The notes: generated by a model from the sequence alone, not told the origin. A stretch of DNA of 64,000 nt from Alphaproteobacteria bacterium (GCA_965243045.1 CBDETR010000004.1:286301-350300); one strand, 5' to 3'. Positions 28,021 through 37,285 are shown, counted from the stretch's first letter. Numbers and translations are program-made.

Positions 28021-29475
28021 ATGACAAAAGAACCCCCTTATATCACGGACTATGCCTACGCTATCGTCGGAGGTGGTTTCCCAGGATTATTTGCAAGCTA
28101 TTATACATCACAGCACAGCAAGAAAACTATTTTATTTGAAACATCAAAAAATTTAGGTGGTGTTATGCAACCTATTGAATTTGAAGGTTTGAAAATGGAT
28201 TTAGGCACACATTCGCTCACATATCTTTCCCCTGAAATCACCAAAATATTTTTAGAATTATCTAATCATACATTGAAGCCTAATGATTACCCTACAAATA
28301 GTCGTTTATGTGGCAAAATATATTCAGGGGCACATTACCCTGATTTAACAGGATTAAGTAGCAATACACTTGAAAGAACCCATAAACAAATATTTAAAAA
28401 TACCAAAATAATATCCATTACAAGAAACCAAACATATTATCAATATATGAAAAGCCGTTGGGGGGAAATAACTGCTGATGCTTTAACGCCCACCATAAAA
28501 AAAATGACAAATCATCATCCTAAAGAGATAGATAGAACAAGTATGTATTTTAGATATTTTGATAAAATTAAAATATCTGAAAAAGTGGAACCCCGCGCAC
28601 CTTTATTAATAAAATTTATGACATCTCTTCTTTATGGGTTGAATAGAATATTTAAAATTCCATTTTTTAATATCTTTTTAATTATTTTAAAAGAATTGAA
28701 TAAACATAATCGCATTGAATATCTCTCACCAAAAACAGCTGACATTAATAAAAAAATAGGTAGCGATTTATATCCTGAAAAAAATTATATCGGTGCATTT
28801 ACTGAAGAAATAATCCAGACGCTCAACAGGCAAAATGTAACAATAAAAACAAAAACCACTATTAAATCTATTGAAGCTATTGATGGTAAACTTCTTGTTA
28901 CCAATGAAAATGAAAATAATTATCTTGTTGATTATTTGTTTTGGGGGTCTCCATTAAGTATCTTAGAAACAACCTTATTTAATACAACAAAGCTTAAAAA
29001 TCTTGAAACAAGTTCTGGTATGTTATTGGTCTACTTTATTCTTGATAAACAACATTTCAGCGGTCAAAGAAGTTATTTTGAACAATTAGATAACGATATG
29101 TTGCTATGGCGCATCGGCTTTAATAAAAGCTATGTTAATGGTGACCCTAATCATATCAGATATTACGCATGTATAGAAATACCCATGAAACCAGAAATAT
29201 ATCATGAAGCAAATATTGATGATATCAAGGCTCAGCTATGGCAAGAAGCTATTACACTTAATCTGGTGAAAAATGATATGCCTCAAAAACATATGCATCT
29301 CTACACACCTCATGTTTTTAAGATTCTCCTAAAAGGTCATCAAAAACAAACAAACAAACTTCGCAAAAAAATTAAAAAACATTATCCTAATATTATTTTC
29401 TTAGCACCGCATGTCTTCAATCGTTCAAATATTGCTGATATGATTATCAACAAATTAAACCCAACATTAAAATAA
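28021..29475 (+). CDS. FAD/NAD(P)-binding oxidoreductase, paralogue 2
   Basis: 'YAYAIVGGGFPGLFASYY...ILFETSKNLGGVMQPIEFEGLKMDLG'. It is colinear with the 25840-27261 product through to the C-terminal 'DNDMLLWRI...GDPNHI...QLWQEA...MHLY(S/T)P' blocks. Confidence 0.6.
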   Translation: MTKEPPYITDYAYAIVGGGFPGLFASYYTSQHSKKTILFETSKNLGGVMQPIEFEGLKMDLGTHSLTYLSPEITKIFLELSNHTLKPNDYPTNSRLCGKIYSGAHYPDLTGLSSNTLERTHKQIFKNTKIISITRNQTYYQYMKSRWGEITADALTPTIKKMTNHHPKEIDRTSMYFRYFDKIKISEKVEPRAPLLIKFMTSLLYGLNRIFKIPFFNIFLIILKELNKHNRIEYLSPKTADINKKIGSDLYPEKNYIGAFTEEIIQTLNRQNVTIKTKTTIKSIEAIDGKLLVTNENENNYLVDYLFWGSPLSILETTLFNTTKLKNLETSSGMLLVYFILDKQHFSGQRSYFEQLDNDMLLWRIGFNKSYVNGDPNHIRYYACIEIPMKPEIYHEANIDDIKAQLWQEAITLNLVKNDMPQKHMHLYTPHVFKILLKGHQKQTNKLRKKIKKHYPNIIFLAPHVFNRSNIADMIINKLNPTLK

Positions 29476-29478
29476 TAT

Positions 29479-32400
29479 TTAAGCTGTTTTTGGTTTTAAT
29501 TTAGGGGTGGCTACTTTCTTATTTACTTTCTTCGCCTCACGCTGTTTTTCAAATATTTGATTAAATAAGATGAGTCCACTTGGTGTGACAATCAGCGTTA
29601 GAATTGTGGCAAAACCAAGCCCGAACACAATTGCCGCCGCTAATTGTTGCCAAAAAGCCGTAGAAGGGTCGTCAATGGCATAACCACGATTCACAAAATC
29701 AACTTCCATTCTAATCACCAATGGAACCAATCCCAACATTGTTGTTGCCGTCGTCATCAAAACAGGACGCAAACGCTGGGCACATGCCTGAATGATGGAA
29801 CGATAATAATCACCACCAGTCTTACGCATCAAATCATTAAACGTATCAATCAAAACAATATTATTATTCACCACAATGCCCGCAAGCGATATAACCCCAA
29901 TGCCTGACATAATAATACCAAATGGCTGTCTGATAATCAGCAACCCTAACATCACACCAATCGTGGACATAACAACCGCTGATAAAATCAACAAACATTG
30001 ATAAAATGAATTAAATTGCGTCAATAAAATTAATGCCATCACAAAAAGTGCAATCCCAAATGCCTTGCTTAAAAAAGCACTGGCTTCAGCTTGGTCGGCA
30101 TTTTCACCAATAAATTCATACTCTACTGATTGAGGGATACCTAAATCAGGTATTTCTTCTTCTAGCTGTTTAACCTTATCGGTTGCCAACACGCCCCGTT
30201 CCAATCCTGAACGCACAAAAGCAATGCGTTTTTGGTCACTACGTCTCACAAGCGCAGTTTTTAGCACAGCCTCTCTATCAACAAAATTACTAATCGGCAC
30301 ATCGCCTTCACCGGTGGTCACCCGCAACCCATCTAATTGTTCTACCGAACGCAATGATTTAGGCAAGCGCATCACAATATCAAGCTCGTCATTGCTATCA
30401 TTCGGGCGGTATGAACTTAAAGTAATGCCATTGGTCAACAAACGGACATAATTGCCTATTGTATTAATACTAACATTATATTTATAAGCTTCCTCACGGT
30501 CTACATTCAATTGCCATTCAATGCCCGGCGGACTGATACTATCTTCAATATCACGAATACCGGGTGATTTTTCTAAATGAGTGCGCATGATTTGAGTTGC
30601 TTGTGTTAAATCATCTAATTCATTACCACTAAATTGAATCGAGATGGCTTTGCCTGTAGGGGGTCCATTCTCCTGCTCGCGCGATTCAATATAAATGCCC
30701 GGAATCAATTTCATTCTTCCATCAATATCTTTAATAATTTCTGAACTTTTACGGCGGTCGCGCCAATTAACATATTCTAAATTAATCAGCCCAATCACAT
30801 CTTCTGCCAAATCACGCCCACCTGTGATATTGCCTGCTGTGGTGGTTATATTTTTGATTTCACCCTTTTCTTGCTGTAATGCAATCACTTGCTTTTCAAC
30901 ATTGGCAACCAGCGCATCGCGTTCTAATATAGAATAATTGCCACGGGCATGTACCAATAAAATACCCCGTTCGCTATCACCAGAGGGGAAAAATTCTACG
31001 CCACGCCCCAACACGCCATAAAGAACCCATGATGCAACCATCGCAATGCCCGCAATCGCTAATACACGGCGCGGATATTTTAAAACCCAATTTTCTAAAA
31101 ATGCAATATATCGTTGTGCGAATTGACTGGATTTTTTAATATCAATCATATCCGCACTGTCTCGTTCTGATTTACCTGAAGATTCTTCTTCTGCGCCATC
31201 AACCTTCTGACGAATCCATCTGCCAATAGTTTGATAGCCCCGAATACCACCATAAAGTAGCCCGATAATTTGACCAATCACTCCCAATGGAGTTGCAACA
31301 AGCCCCAATAATGCAGAAAATATTCCGCCAACAATAAAGCCGCAAATAACGGCAACTAAATATTGCAAAACAATACCAAAACAGCTTCCCAAAATAGGCA
31401 TGAAAAACAATGCCATCACCAATGAAGATGATAGAATGAAAATAACCGTCAAAGGTAAATAACCCATAAATTCACCAACCAAACCGGGCCAAAAAAGCAA
31501 TGGCATAAAGGCTGCCAATGTTGTGCCGGTGGAAGCAATAATCGGCCATGACATTTTTCTGGCTGCCAATGTAAATGCTTCTGCCCTCGAATAACCATCC
31601 GCAATTTTACGTTCTGCAAATTCTACAACCACAATCGCACCATCAACCAACAAGCCAACAGAAATAATCAAACCAAATAACACAACAAAATTAAGCGTGA
31701 TTCCAATTAAATCCATGATTAAAATACCGCTTAAGAACGAACCGGGAATTGAAATGCCAACAAGTAATGAAGGACGCAAACCCAATGTGCTTAAAACAAC
31801 AATCATTACCAAAACAATCGCGCTAATCACTGAATTTTGTAGGCTGGTTAAAGAATTTTTAATGCCTTCCGCCTCATCTTGGGTAATATCAATGGAAATC
31901 GCTCTTGGCCAATTTTTTGAAACCTCATCAACCAATCCACGCACATCTTGCGAGGCTTGAATAATATTTTCACCCGTCCGTTTCACAACTGAAAGGGTGA
32001 GGGCTGACTGCCCATTAAGCCGTGCCACTGCCTGCACATCTTTGAAAGTTCTTTTAATATCGGTCACATCTTCTAACACAACCACCGATTCACCCGCTGA
32101 AATAATAGGAAACCGCTTTAGATCATCAATGCTTTCAATCAGGCTTGGCACTTTTATCGCAAATTTTCCTGATTCACCTTCTAAATTACCTGCCGCCACC
32201 AATAAATTCGATGAAGAAATCGCCTGCACAATTTGGTTGGGTGTGATATTATAAGATTGCAACTTAACAGGATTAATCGTTACCTCAACAACTTCTTCAC
32301 GCTCACCATCTAAATCAACGCGCAATATTTGTGATAATTTCTCTATCTCTTCTTGCAATTCTTGCGCGTAATTTAATAAAATTCTGCCATCAATATCGCC

Positions 32401-32832
32401 TGATAATGATATTTGAATCACTGGAAATAAGCTGAAATTCACCTCATTAACCGTTGGTTCATCTGCATCTGAAGGAAATTCGCCTTTCACCTCATCTACT
32501 TTTTCTTGAACATCGCGCAACGCCTGCTCTACATTGAAACCCGCATCAAATTCCAACACAACATTCGCACCACCAAGATAGCCTGTGGAATTCATTTCCT
32601 TCAAGCCTTCTATTTGGGACAAAGATTTTTCGAGTGGCTTAATCAATAATTTCTCTGAATCAACCGATGAAATACCTTTGAGAGAGGTGGAAATATAAAT
32701 GATAGGAATAGCAATATCGGGTGCAGATTCTTTAGGAATATTCTTATAAGCCACACTGCCCGAAACCAATAATAACAACAATAACATTACAAAGGTGCGC
32801 GAGCGTTTCATACCTAAATCAATAATTGACAT
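29479..32832 (-). CDS. RND-family efflux transporter permease (AcrB/HAE1-like)
   Basis: The 1117-aa product has the typical N-terminus 'IDLGMKRSRTFVMLLLLLLVSG', two large periplasmic loops and 12+ TM helices, including 'LGLVPLVI' in the C-terminal bundle. Confidence 0.9.
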   Translation of the reverse strand: MSIIDLGMKRSRTFVMLLLLLLVSGSVAYKNIPKESAPDIAIPIIYISTSLKGISSVDSEKLLIKPLEKSLSQIEGLKEMNSTGYLGGANVVLEFDAGFNVEQALRDVQEKVDEVKGEFPSDADEPTVNEVNFSLFPVIQISLSGDIDGRILLNYAQELQEEIEKLSQILRVDLDGEREEVVEVTINPVKLQSYNITPNQIVQAISSSNLLVAAGNLEGESGKFAIKVPSLIESIDDLKRFPIISAGESVVVLEDVTDIKRTFKDVQAVARLNGQSALTLSVVKRTGENIIQASQDVRGLVDEVSKNWPRAISIDITQDEAEGIKNSLTSLQNSVISAIVLVMIVVLSTLGLRPSLLVGISIPGSFLSGILIMDLIGITLNFVVLFGLIISVGLLVDGAIVVVEFAERKIADGYSRAEAFTLAARKMSWPIIASTGTTLAAFMPLLFWPGLVGEFMGYLPLTVIFILSSSLVMALFFMPILGSCFGIVLQYLVAVICGFIVGGIFSALLGLVATPLGVIGQIIGLLYGGIRGYQTIGRWIRQKVDGAEEESSGKSERDSADMIDIKKSSQFAQRYIAFLENWVLKYPRRVLAIAGIAMVASWVLYGVLGRGVEFFPSGDSERGILLVHARGNYSILERDALVANVEKQVIALQQEKGEIKNITTTAGNITGGRDLAEDVIGLINLEYVNWRDRRKSSEIIKDIDGRMKLIPGIYIESREQENGPPTGKAISIQFSGNELDDLTQATQIMRTHLEKSPGIRDIEDSISPPGIEWQLNVDREEAYKYNVSINTIGNYVRLLTNGITLSSYRPNDSNDELDIVMRLPKSLRSVEQLDGLRVTTGEGDVPISNFVDREAVLKTALVRRSDQKRIAFVRSGLERGVLATDKVKQLEEEIPDLGIPQSVEYEFIGENADQAEASAFLSKAFGIALFVMALILLTQFNSFYQCLLILSAVVMSTIGVMLGLLIIRQPFGIIMSGIGVISLAGIVVNNNIVLIDTFNDLMRKTGGDYYRSIIQACAQRLRPVLMTTATTMLGLVPLVIRMEVDFVNRGYAIDDPSTAFWQQLAAAIVFGLGFATILTLIVTPSGLILFNQIFEKQREAKKVNKKVATPKLKPKTA

Positions 32833-32886
32833 CTATTTTTCCTTTTAATTAAACATCTTTTCAGATTAATTTTTCTCTTATTCTAC

Positions 32887-34140
32887 TTATTCTACTGCTT
32901 TTACTTTTTCACCAACTGTTACCGTTTCTTGCCCAACTGTGATAATATTAATTTTGCTCGGCAATTCAGATATCCAAACGCCCTTATCCGTATCTTGAAT
33001 AATATCAACAGGCAGAAATACAACAACATCTTCTTCATCAACCACACGCACGCCAATTGTGCCATCACTATTGAGAGTCAGCCATGCGGATGAAATAAAA
33101 TGGGCTTCCTCTGAATTTTGTAACAAACGCAACGTTGCAGGCACGCCATCACGAATCGATTCATCAGGATTTTCTACAATGACTTCAACCGCAAAAGAAC
33201 GTGTGCGCGAATTTGCCGACGTAGAAATAAAGACCAATTGCCCCACATAGCTTTCATCATCGATGCGAACCTCTATCTCGCCTAAGCCTTCTAAGCTTTG
33301 CACTTCTTTTTCAGAAACATAGCCCGTAATCTTAATCGGGTCTAAATCAATCACTGTACCCACAAATATGCCCGGTGAAACATAATCACCAATATCAAGC
33401 GGTAAATCTACCAACGTGCCAGCAAATGGAGCACTAAAACGGCTTTTTGCAAGATTATAACGCGCTTGTGCCAATGAAGCTTCCGCACGGGCAAAGTTTG
33501 CTTGAATCTCGGTTGCTTTTACGCGTGATTGATACCCGCCTTTTGCCAAAGATGTCGCCGCCTGATTTTCAAGGCGCAACTGATTATAACTGGCAGTTGC
33601 TTGCTTCAATTCTGCATTACGGATGGTGTTATCTAGCTCCAGAAATACTTCATCCACTTCTAATTCACTGCCCTTAAGCTTAACAATTTCTTGAACTGTG
33701 CCAGCTGTTTGCGCGCGAATATCTAATTTATGGTTCGCTTCAGTAACACCTGAAATTTCAATCAGTGGCTGATAAGATTGTGCCACTGATGCTTCAATCT
33801 GCACACTTCTTAATTGCTCACCATCTTTATTTTGACCGCCAAATCTGTTGCCAGCACCACCAAAAGAACCTGAAAAAATCCAAACCACTGTGATTAAAAT
33901 AACCCAGAATGCCAAACGTGACGAATCATCCATTTTTTTATACCACCGATAAGGGCGTGTATTATGGCAAGGGCGTAGCATGACGCTATCTATGAATTGA
34001 GCGATTTTTCTTAAGAGTAAAAAGAATATACCAAAAATATAATCTAAAATCCAAACCACATAGCCCGGAATTTTAGCAACATACAAAAAAATTCTGAAAA
34101 GTCGAAAAAATCGTGCAAAAATTCTTTTTATAAAACCCAT
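32887..34140 (-). CDS. RND efflux membrane fusion (periplasmic adaptor) protein
   Basis: HlyD/MFP features are present: a coiled-coil 'AELKQATASYNQLRLENQAA...ARAEASLAQARYNLAKSRFSAPFAGTL' and a lipoyl/beta-barrel segment. The start is uncertain; the Met at 33933 is an alternative. Confidence 0.8.
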   Translation of the reverse strand: MGFIKRIFARFFRLFRIFLYVAKIPGYVVWILDYIFGIFFLLLRKIAQFIDSVMLRPCHNTRPYRWYKKMDDSSRLAFWVILITVVWIFSGSFGGAGNRFGGQNKDGEQLRSVQIEASVAQSYQPLIEISGVTEANHKLDIRAQTAGTVQEIVKLKGSELEVDEVFLELDNTIRNAELKQATASYNQLRLENQAATSLAKGGYQSRVKATEIQANFARAEASLAQARYNLAKSRFSAPFAGTLVDLPLDIGDYVSPGIFVGTVIDLDPIKITGYVSEKEVQSLEGLGEIEVRIDDESYVGQLVFISTSANSRTRSFAVEVIVENPDESIRDGVPATLRLLQNSEEAHFISSAWLTLNSDGTIGVRVVDEEDVVVFLPVDIIQDTDKGVWISELPSKINIITVGQETVTVGEKVKAVE

Positions 34141-34233
34141 TATTTTAACCTACCCATATGTTAACCATTATTTTTAAATTCGTGCACCCTCAACGATTAT
34201 AGTCATAATACATTCAGAAAACAATAAAGAAAG

Positions 34234-35154
34234 CTAAAATTGATGGCGATAAATTGCAACAATTTTGTTCAACATATCTAATGCCTCATCACGAGGGCGT
34301 TGAAACGCATTGCGCCCAAGAATAGAACCATTCGCACCACCATCGCGTAATTCACGAATTTCTTTATAAAGCGAATCCAAATCTTTTGACGCACCCCCTG
34401 AAAACACCACAATCCTACGCATCGCAAAAGATGATTGCATAATATGAGCAATCCTATCGGAAAGCCTATCTTTGGCAATCTTATGTTTTTCATAAACTTC
34501 CTTCGCTTCTTTTTGTTCCAAATGCGCTGTAGGTGGTTTTACTTTAATAATATGCGCCCCTAAAAGGGCTGCCATATGCGCGCCATAGGCAGTAACATCC
34601 AATGCCGTTTCGCCATCTTTGCTAAGGTCACCACCACGCGGATACGACCAAATCACCACCGCAAGCCCATAAGATTTTGCTTCTTTCGTCATTTCACGAA
34701 TTTCTTCCATCATATCAAATTGCTTATCAGAGCCCGGATAAATTGTAAAACCAATCGCACTTGCCCCTAAACGAAGCGCATCTTGTACCGAACCTGTGAC
34801 AGCTTGATCTTTCGTCATTGCCCAACTTGTAGAAGAATTAACTTTTAAGATGGTGGGAATTTGCCCGGCAAATGTATTCGAGCTTGCTTCTAATGCCCCT
34901 AATGGTGCCGCATAAGCATTCAAACCCGCATCAATCGCCAATCGATGATGATAATGGGGGTCATAGCCATCAGGATTAATCGCAAAAGAACGCGCCGGAC
35001 CATGTTCAAAACCTTGGTCAACAGGCAATATCACCATTTTACCCGTGCCGCCTAACTTGCCTTGCATTAATATCCGTGCTAAATTTGCTTTCGTGCCCGG
35101 ACTATCACTTTCGTAATGGCTTAAAATTTTTCTAACTGCACGCGTCATTCTCAT
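34234..35154 (-). CDS. fbaB: Class I fructose-bisphosphate aldolase (FbaB/DhnA type)
   Basis: 'GTGKMVILPVDQGFEHGP' and the 'IIKVKPP' Schiff-base lysine context are colinear with E. coli FbaB as I recall it. Confidence 0.75.
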   Translation of the reverse strand: MRMTRAVRKILSHYESDSPGTKANLARILMQGKLGGTGKMVILPVDQGFEHGPARSFAINPDGYDPHYHHRLAIDAGLNAYAAPLGALEASSNTFAGQIPTILKVNSSTSWAMTKDQAVTGSVQDALRLGASAIGFTIYPGSDKQFDMMEEIREMTKEAKSYGLAVVIWSYPRGGDLSKDGETALDVTAYGAHMAALLGAHIIKVKPPTAHLEQKEAKEVYEKHKIAKDRLSDRIAHIMQSSFAMRRIVVFSGGASKDLDSLYKEIRELRDGGANGSILGRNAFQRPRDEALDMLNKIVAIYRHQF

Positions 35155-35305
35155 GATAATTGCTTCCTTGTTAAACTCATAAATTATGATAAAAAACCTT
35201 ATCGTTATTTACCATAAAACCAACAAAAATACAATAAAACCTATTGCCTTTTGCCTTTCCATCATTCAATATGATAAAAATAGATTAAAAAATACCATCA
35301 AATCC

Positions 35306-36514
35306 ATGAAAAAATATCAAACAGATTTTTCTACTTTGCCAAATGTTGCTGGCGTGCAAATGGCAGTTTGTGCCACCGGCATAAAATATCAAGACCGCAA
35401 TGATTTATTGCTTATTAAAATGGCACCCAATAGCTATGTGGCGGGCACATTAACTCGTTCTTCTATGCCCGGCGCGCCTATTATTTGGTGCAAACCAATC
35501 TTAAAGAACGCGCGCGCTGAAGCGATTATTATCAATGCGGGCAATGCCAATGTACTTACCGGCAAGCATGGCGAACAAGCAACGTCAGAAATTGCGGAAC
35601 ATTTAAGCAAAGCACTCGATATTAAAGCAGAGCATATTTTGCAAGCTTCTACTGGCGTGATTGGTGAAAAACTTGATTTTGAAAAAATCATCACTGCCAT
35701 GAAGAATTTATGTCAAAATTTAGCACCCAATCAATGGGAGCAGGCCGCGCGTGCCATTATGACCACGGATACCTTTCCAAAAGCTGCCCATGCCAATTCT
35801 ATGATTGCAGGCAAACCCATCAACATTGTTGGCATTGCCAAAGGTTCGGGAATGATTGAACCGAATATGGCAACCATGCTTGGTTTTATTTTTACCGATG
35901 CGCTGATTGCCCCCCATATGTTGAAAAAAATGACAGCAGAAATTGTTGATGACACCTTTAACAGCATCACAGTGGATAGTGATAGTTCAACAAGCGATAT
36001 GGTGATTGTGAGTGCAACTGGTATGGCGCAAAATCCATTGATTGACGATACTGAAAAACTAGCCGATTTCAAACAGGGATTGCATGACGTTATGCTTGAC
36101 CTTGCCAAACAAATTGTTCGCGATGGTGAGGGCGCGCGTAAATTTATCACAATCCATGTGAAAGGGGCTAAAAATAGAGAATCCGCGCATATTATTGGGA
36201 AATCCATTGCAAATTCCCCTTTGGTGAAAACTGCCATTGCAGGGGGTGATGCCAATTGGGGACGGATTGCGATGGCAATCGGCAAATCAGGCGAGCCAGC
36301 AACACCGCAAGATTTATCCATCATGATTGCGGATGAAACTATCTTGCAAAAAGGTGATTTATGCCCGTTTGATAGTGGTAAACTTGATAAATATTTCCGC
36401 CAAGATACCATTGCTATTATGATAGATATTGGCTTGGGCAAAGGTGAAGCGACCATTTATAGCTGTGACTTAACCGAAGATTATATCCGCATTAATGCTG
36501 ATTACCGTAGTTAA
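35306..36514 (+). CDS. argJ: Bifunctional glutamate N-acetyltransferase/amino-acid acetyltransferase
   Basis: 'IMTTDTFPK', the 'GMIEPNMATMLGFIFTDA' autoprocessing site and 'DANWGRI'. The Met at 35306 is preferred over the ORF-caller start at 35186. Confidence 0.9.
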   Translation: MKKYQTDFSTLPNVAGVQMAVCATGIKYQDRNDLLLIKMAPNSYVAGTLTRSSMPGAPIIWCKPILKNARAEAIIINAGNANVLTGKHGEQATSEIAEHLSKALDIKAEHILQASTGVIGEKLDFEKIITAMKNLCQNLAPNQWEQAARAIMTTDTFPKAAHANSMIAGKPINIVGIAKGSGMIEPNMATMLGFIFTDALIAPHMLKKMTAEIVDDTFNSITVDSDSSTSDMVIVSATGMAQNPLIDDTEKLADFKQGLHDVMLDLAKQIVRDGEGARKFITIHVKGAKNRESAHIIGKSIANSPLVKTAIAGGDANWGRIAMAIGKSGEPATPQDLSIMIADETILQKGDLCPFDSGKLDKYFRQDTIAIMIDIGLGKGEATIYSCDLTEDYIRINADYRS

Positions 36515-36531
36515 TCATAATTACAATAGCA

Positions 36532-36936
36532 ATGAAAATGGCAAATTCTAACCATCCCTGTCAAAATCAAGATTTAGCCCTTAGCACTGATAACATTAAA
36601 TTGGTGGTTGCCGTGGCATTGATTGATGCGGATGGGCGTGTGTTGATTAATGAACGCCCTGAAGGCAAAACATTCGCTGGTTATTGGGAATTCCCCGGTG
36701 GCAAAATAGAAAAAGGCGAGACACCTGAAGCGGCGTTATTGCGAGAGTTACAAGAAGAGTTAAATATCACAACAAGCTTAGGTTGCTTTGCGCCTATTGC
36801 TTTTGCCAGCCATAATTATGATGATTTTCATTTATTGATGCCTCTATATATTTGCCATTTATGGCAAGGCAATATGGTAGCGCGTGAGGGGCAAAAACTA
36901 CAATGGGTGAAAGGGCACACAGCTTTACCAATATAA
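36532..36936 (+). CDS. mutT: NUDIX hydrolase, MutT-like 8-oxo-dGTP diphosphatase (C-terminus apparently frameshifted)
   Basis: Nudix box 'GGKIEKGETPEAALLRELQEELNI'. The expected C-terminal 'MLPADLPLIPLL' segment is encoded in the +1 frame, ending at 36988. Confidence 0.8.
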   Translation: MKMANSNHPCQNQDLALSTDNIKLVVAVALIDADGRVLINERPEGKTFAGYWEFPGGKIEKGETPEAALLRELQEELNITTSLGCFAPIAFASHNYDDFHLLMPLYICHLWQGNMVAREGQKLQWVKGHTALPI

Positions 36937-36994
36937 AATGTTACCTGCTGATTTACCGCTTATTCCGTTATTATTAGAATGGCTGTAATTTAAT

Positions 36995-37285
36995 CTATGC
37001 GACCAAATTCAAGATAGAACCACGACCGCTATAGCTTTGTTCTAACTGGTTTCTTGTATTATTGGCTAAAATTTCACCCAATCTTTTGAAGGCACCATCT
37101 ACATCAAAAGGGCTTGCCGCTCTTATACTTTGTTGGGTGCTTTTCTGAGATGAGCTTGTGGCTTGTGTGTCGGTTGTAAAATCAACAAAGGATTGATTGC
37201 CAGCAACTGGTTTTTTGCGTTGCGCTTGCCCAATAGAGGCGCGTTCAGGGCGAACCGTAAAAAGATTTTCAACATCATAAACCAT
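36995..37285 (-). CDS. Hypothetical small Ser/Thr/Gln-rich protein
   Basis: A 96-aa ORF stands alone in an otherwise non-coding gap. I recognised no motif. Confidence 0.35.
   Translation of the reverse strand: MVYDVENLFTVRPERASIGQAQRKKPVAGNQSFVDFTTDTQATSSSQKSTQQSIRAASPFDVDGAFKRLGEILANNTRNQLEQSYSGRGSILNLVA

Noticed and set aside
35186-35305. N-terminal extensions proposed by the ORF track (argJ 35186, rpmG 6057, prmA 41362, murA 57241, pepP-like 42252, the PQQ-dehydrogenase-like gene 1855, DUF2141 16931, the GDPD-like gene 10137 and the FAD oxidoreductase 27988).
   Set aside because: The extensions overlap upstream genes or encode implausible low-complexity leaders. Internal Met codons give canonical N-termini, ATGA couplings or RBSs.
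35731-36456. A 241-aa minus-strand ORF lying entirely inside argJ.
   Set aside because: It is antisense to a strongly motif-supported gene. Its composition is Ser/Ala/Ile-rich with no recognisable motif, so it is a typical shadow ORF.
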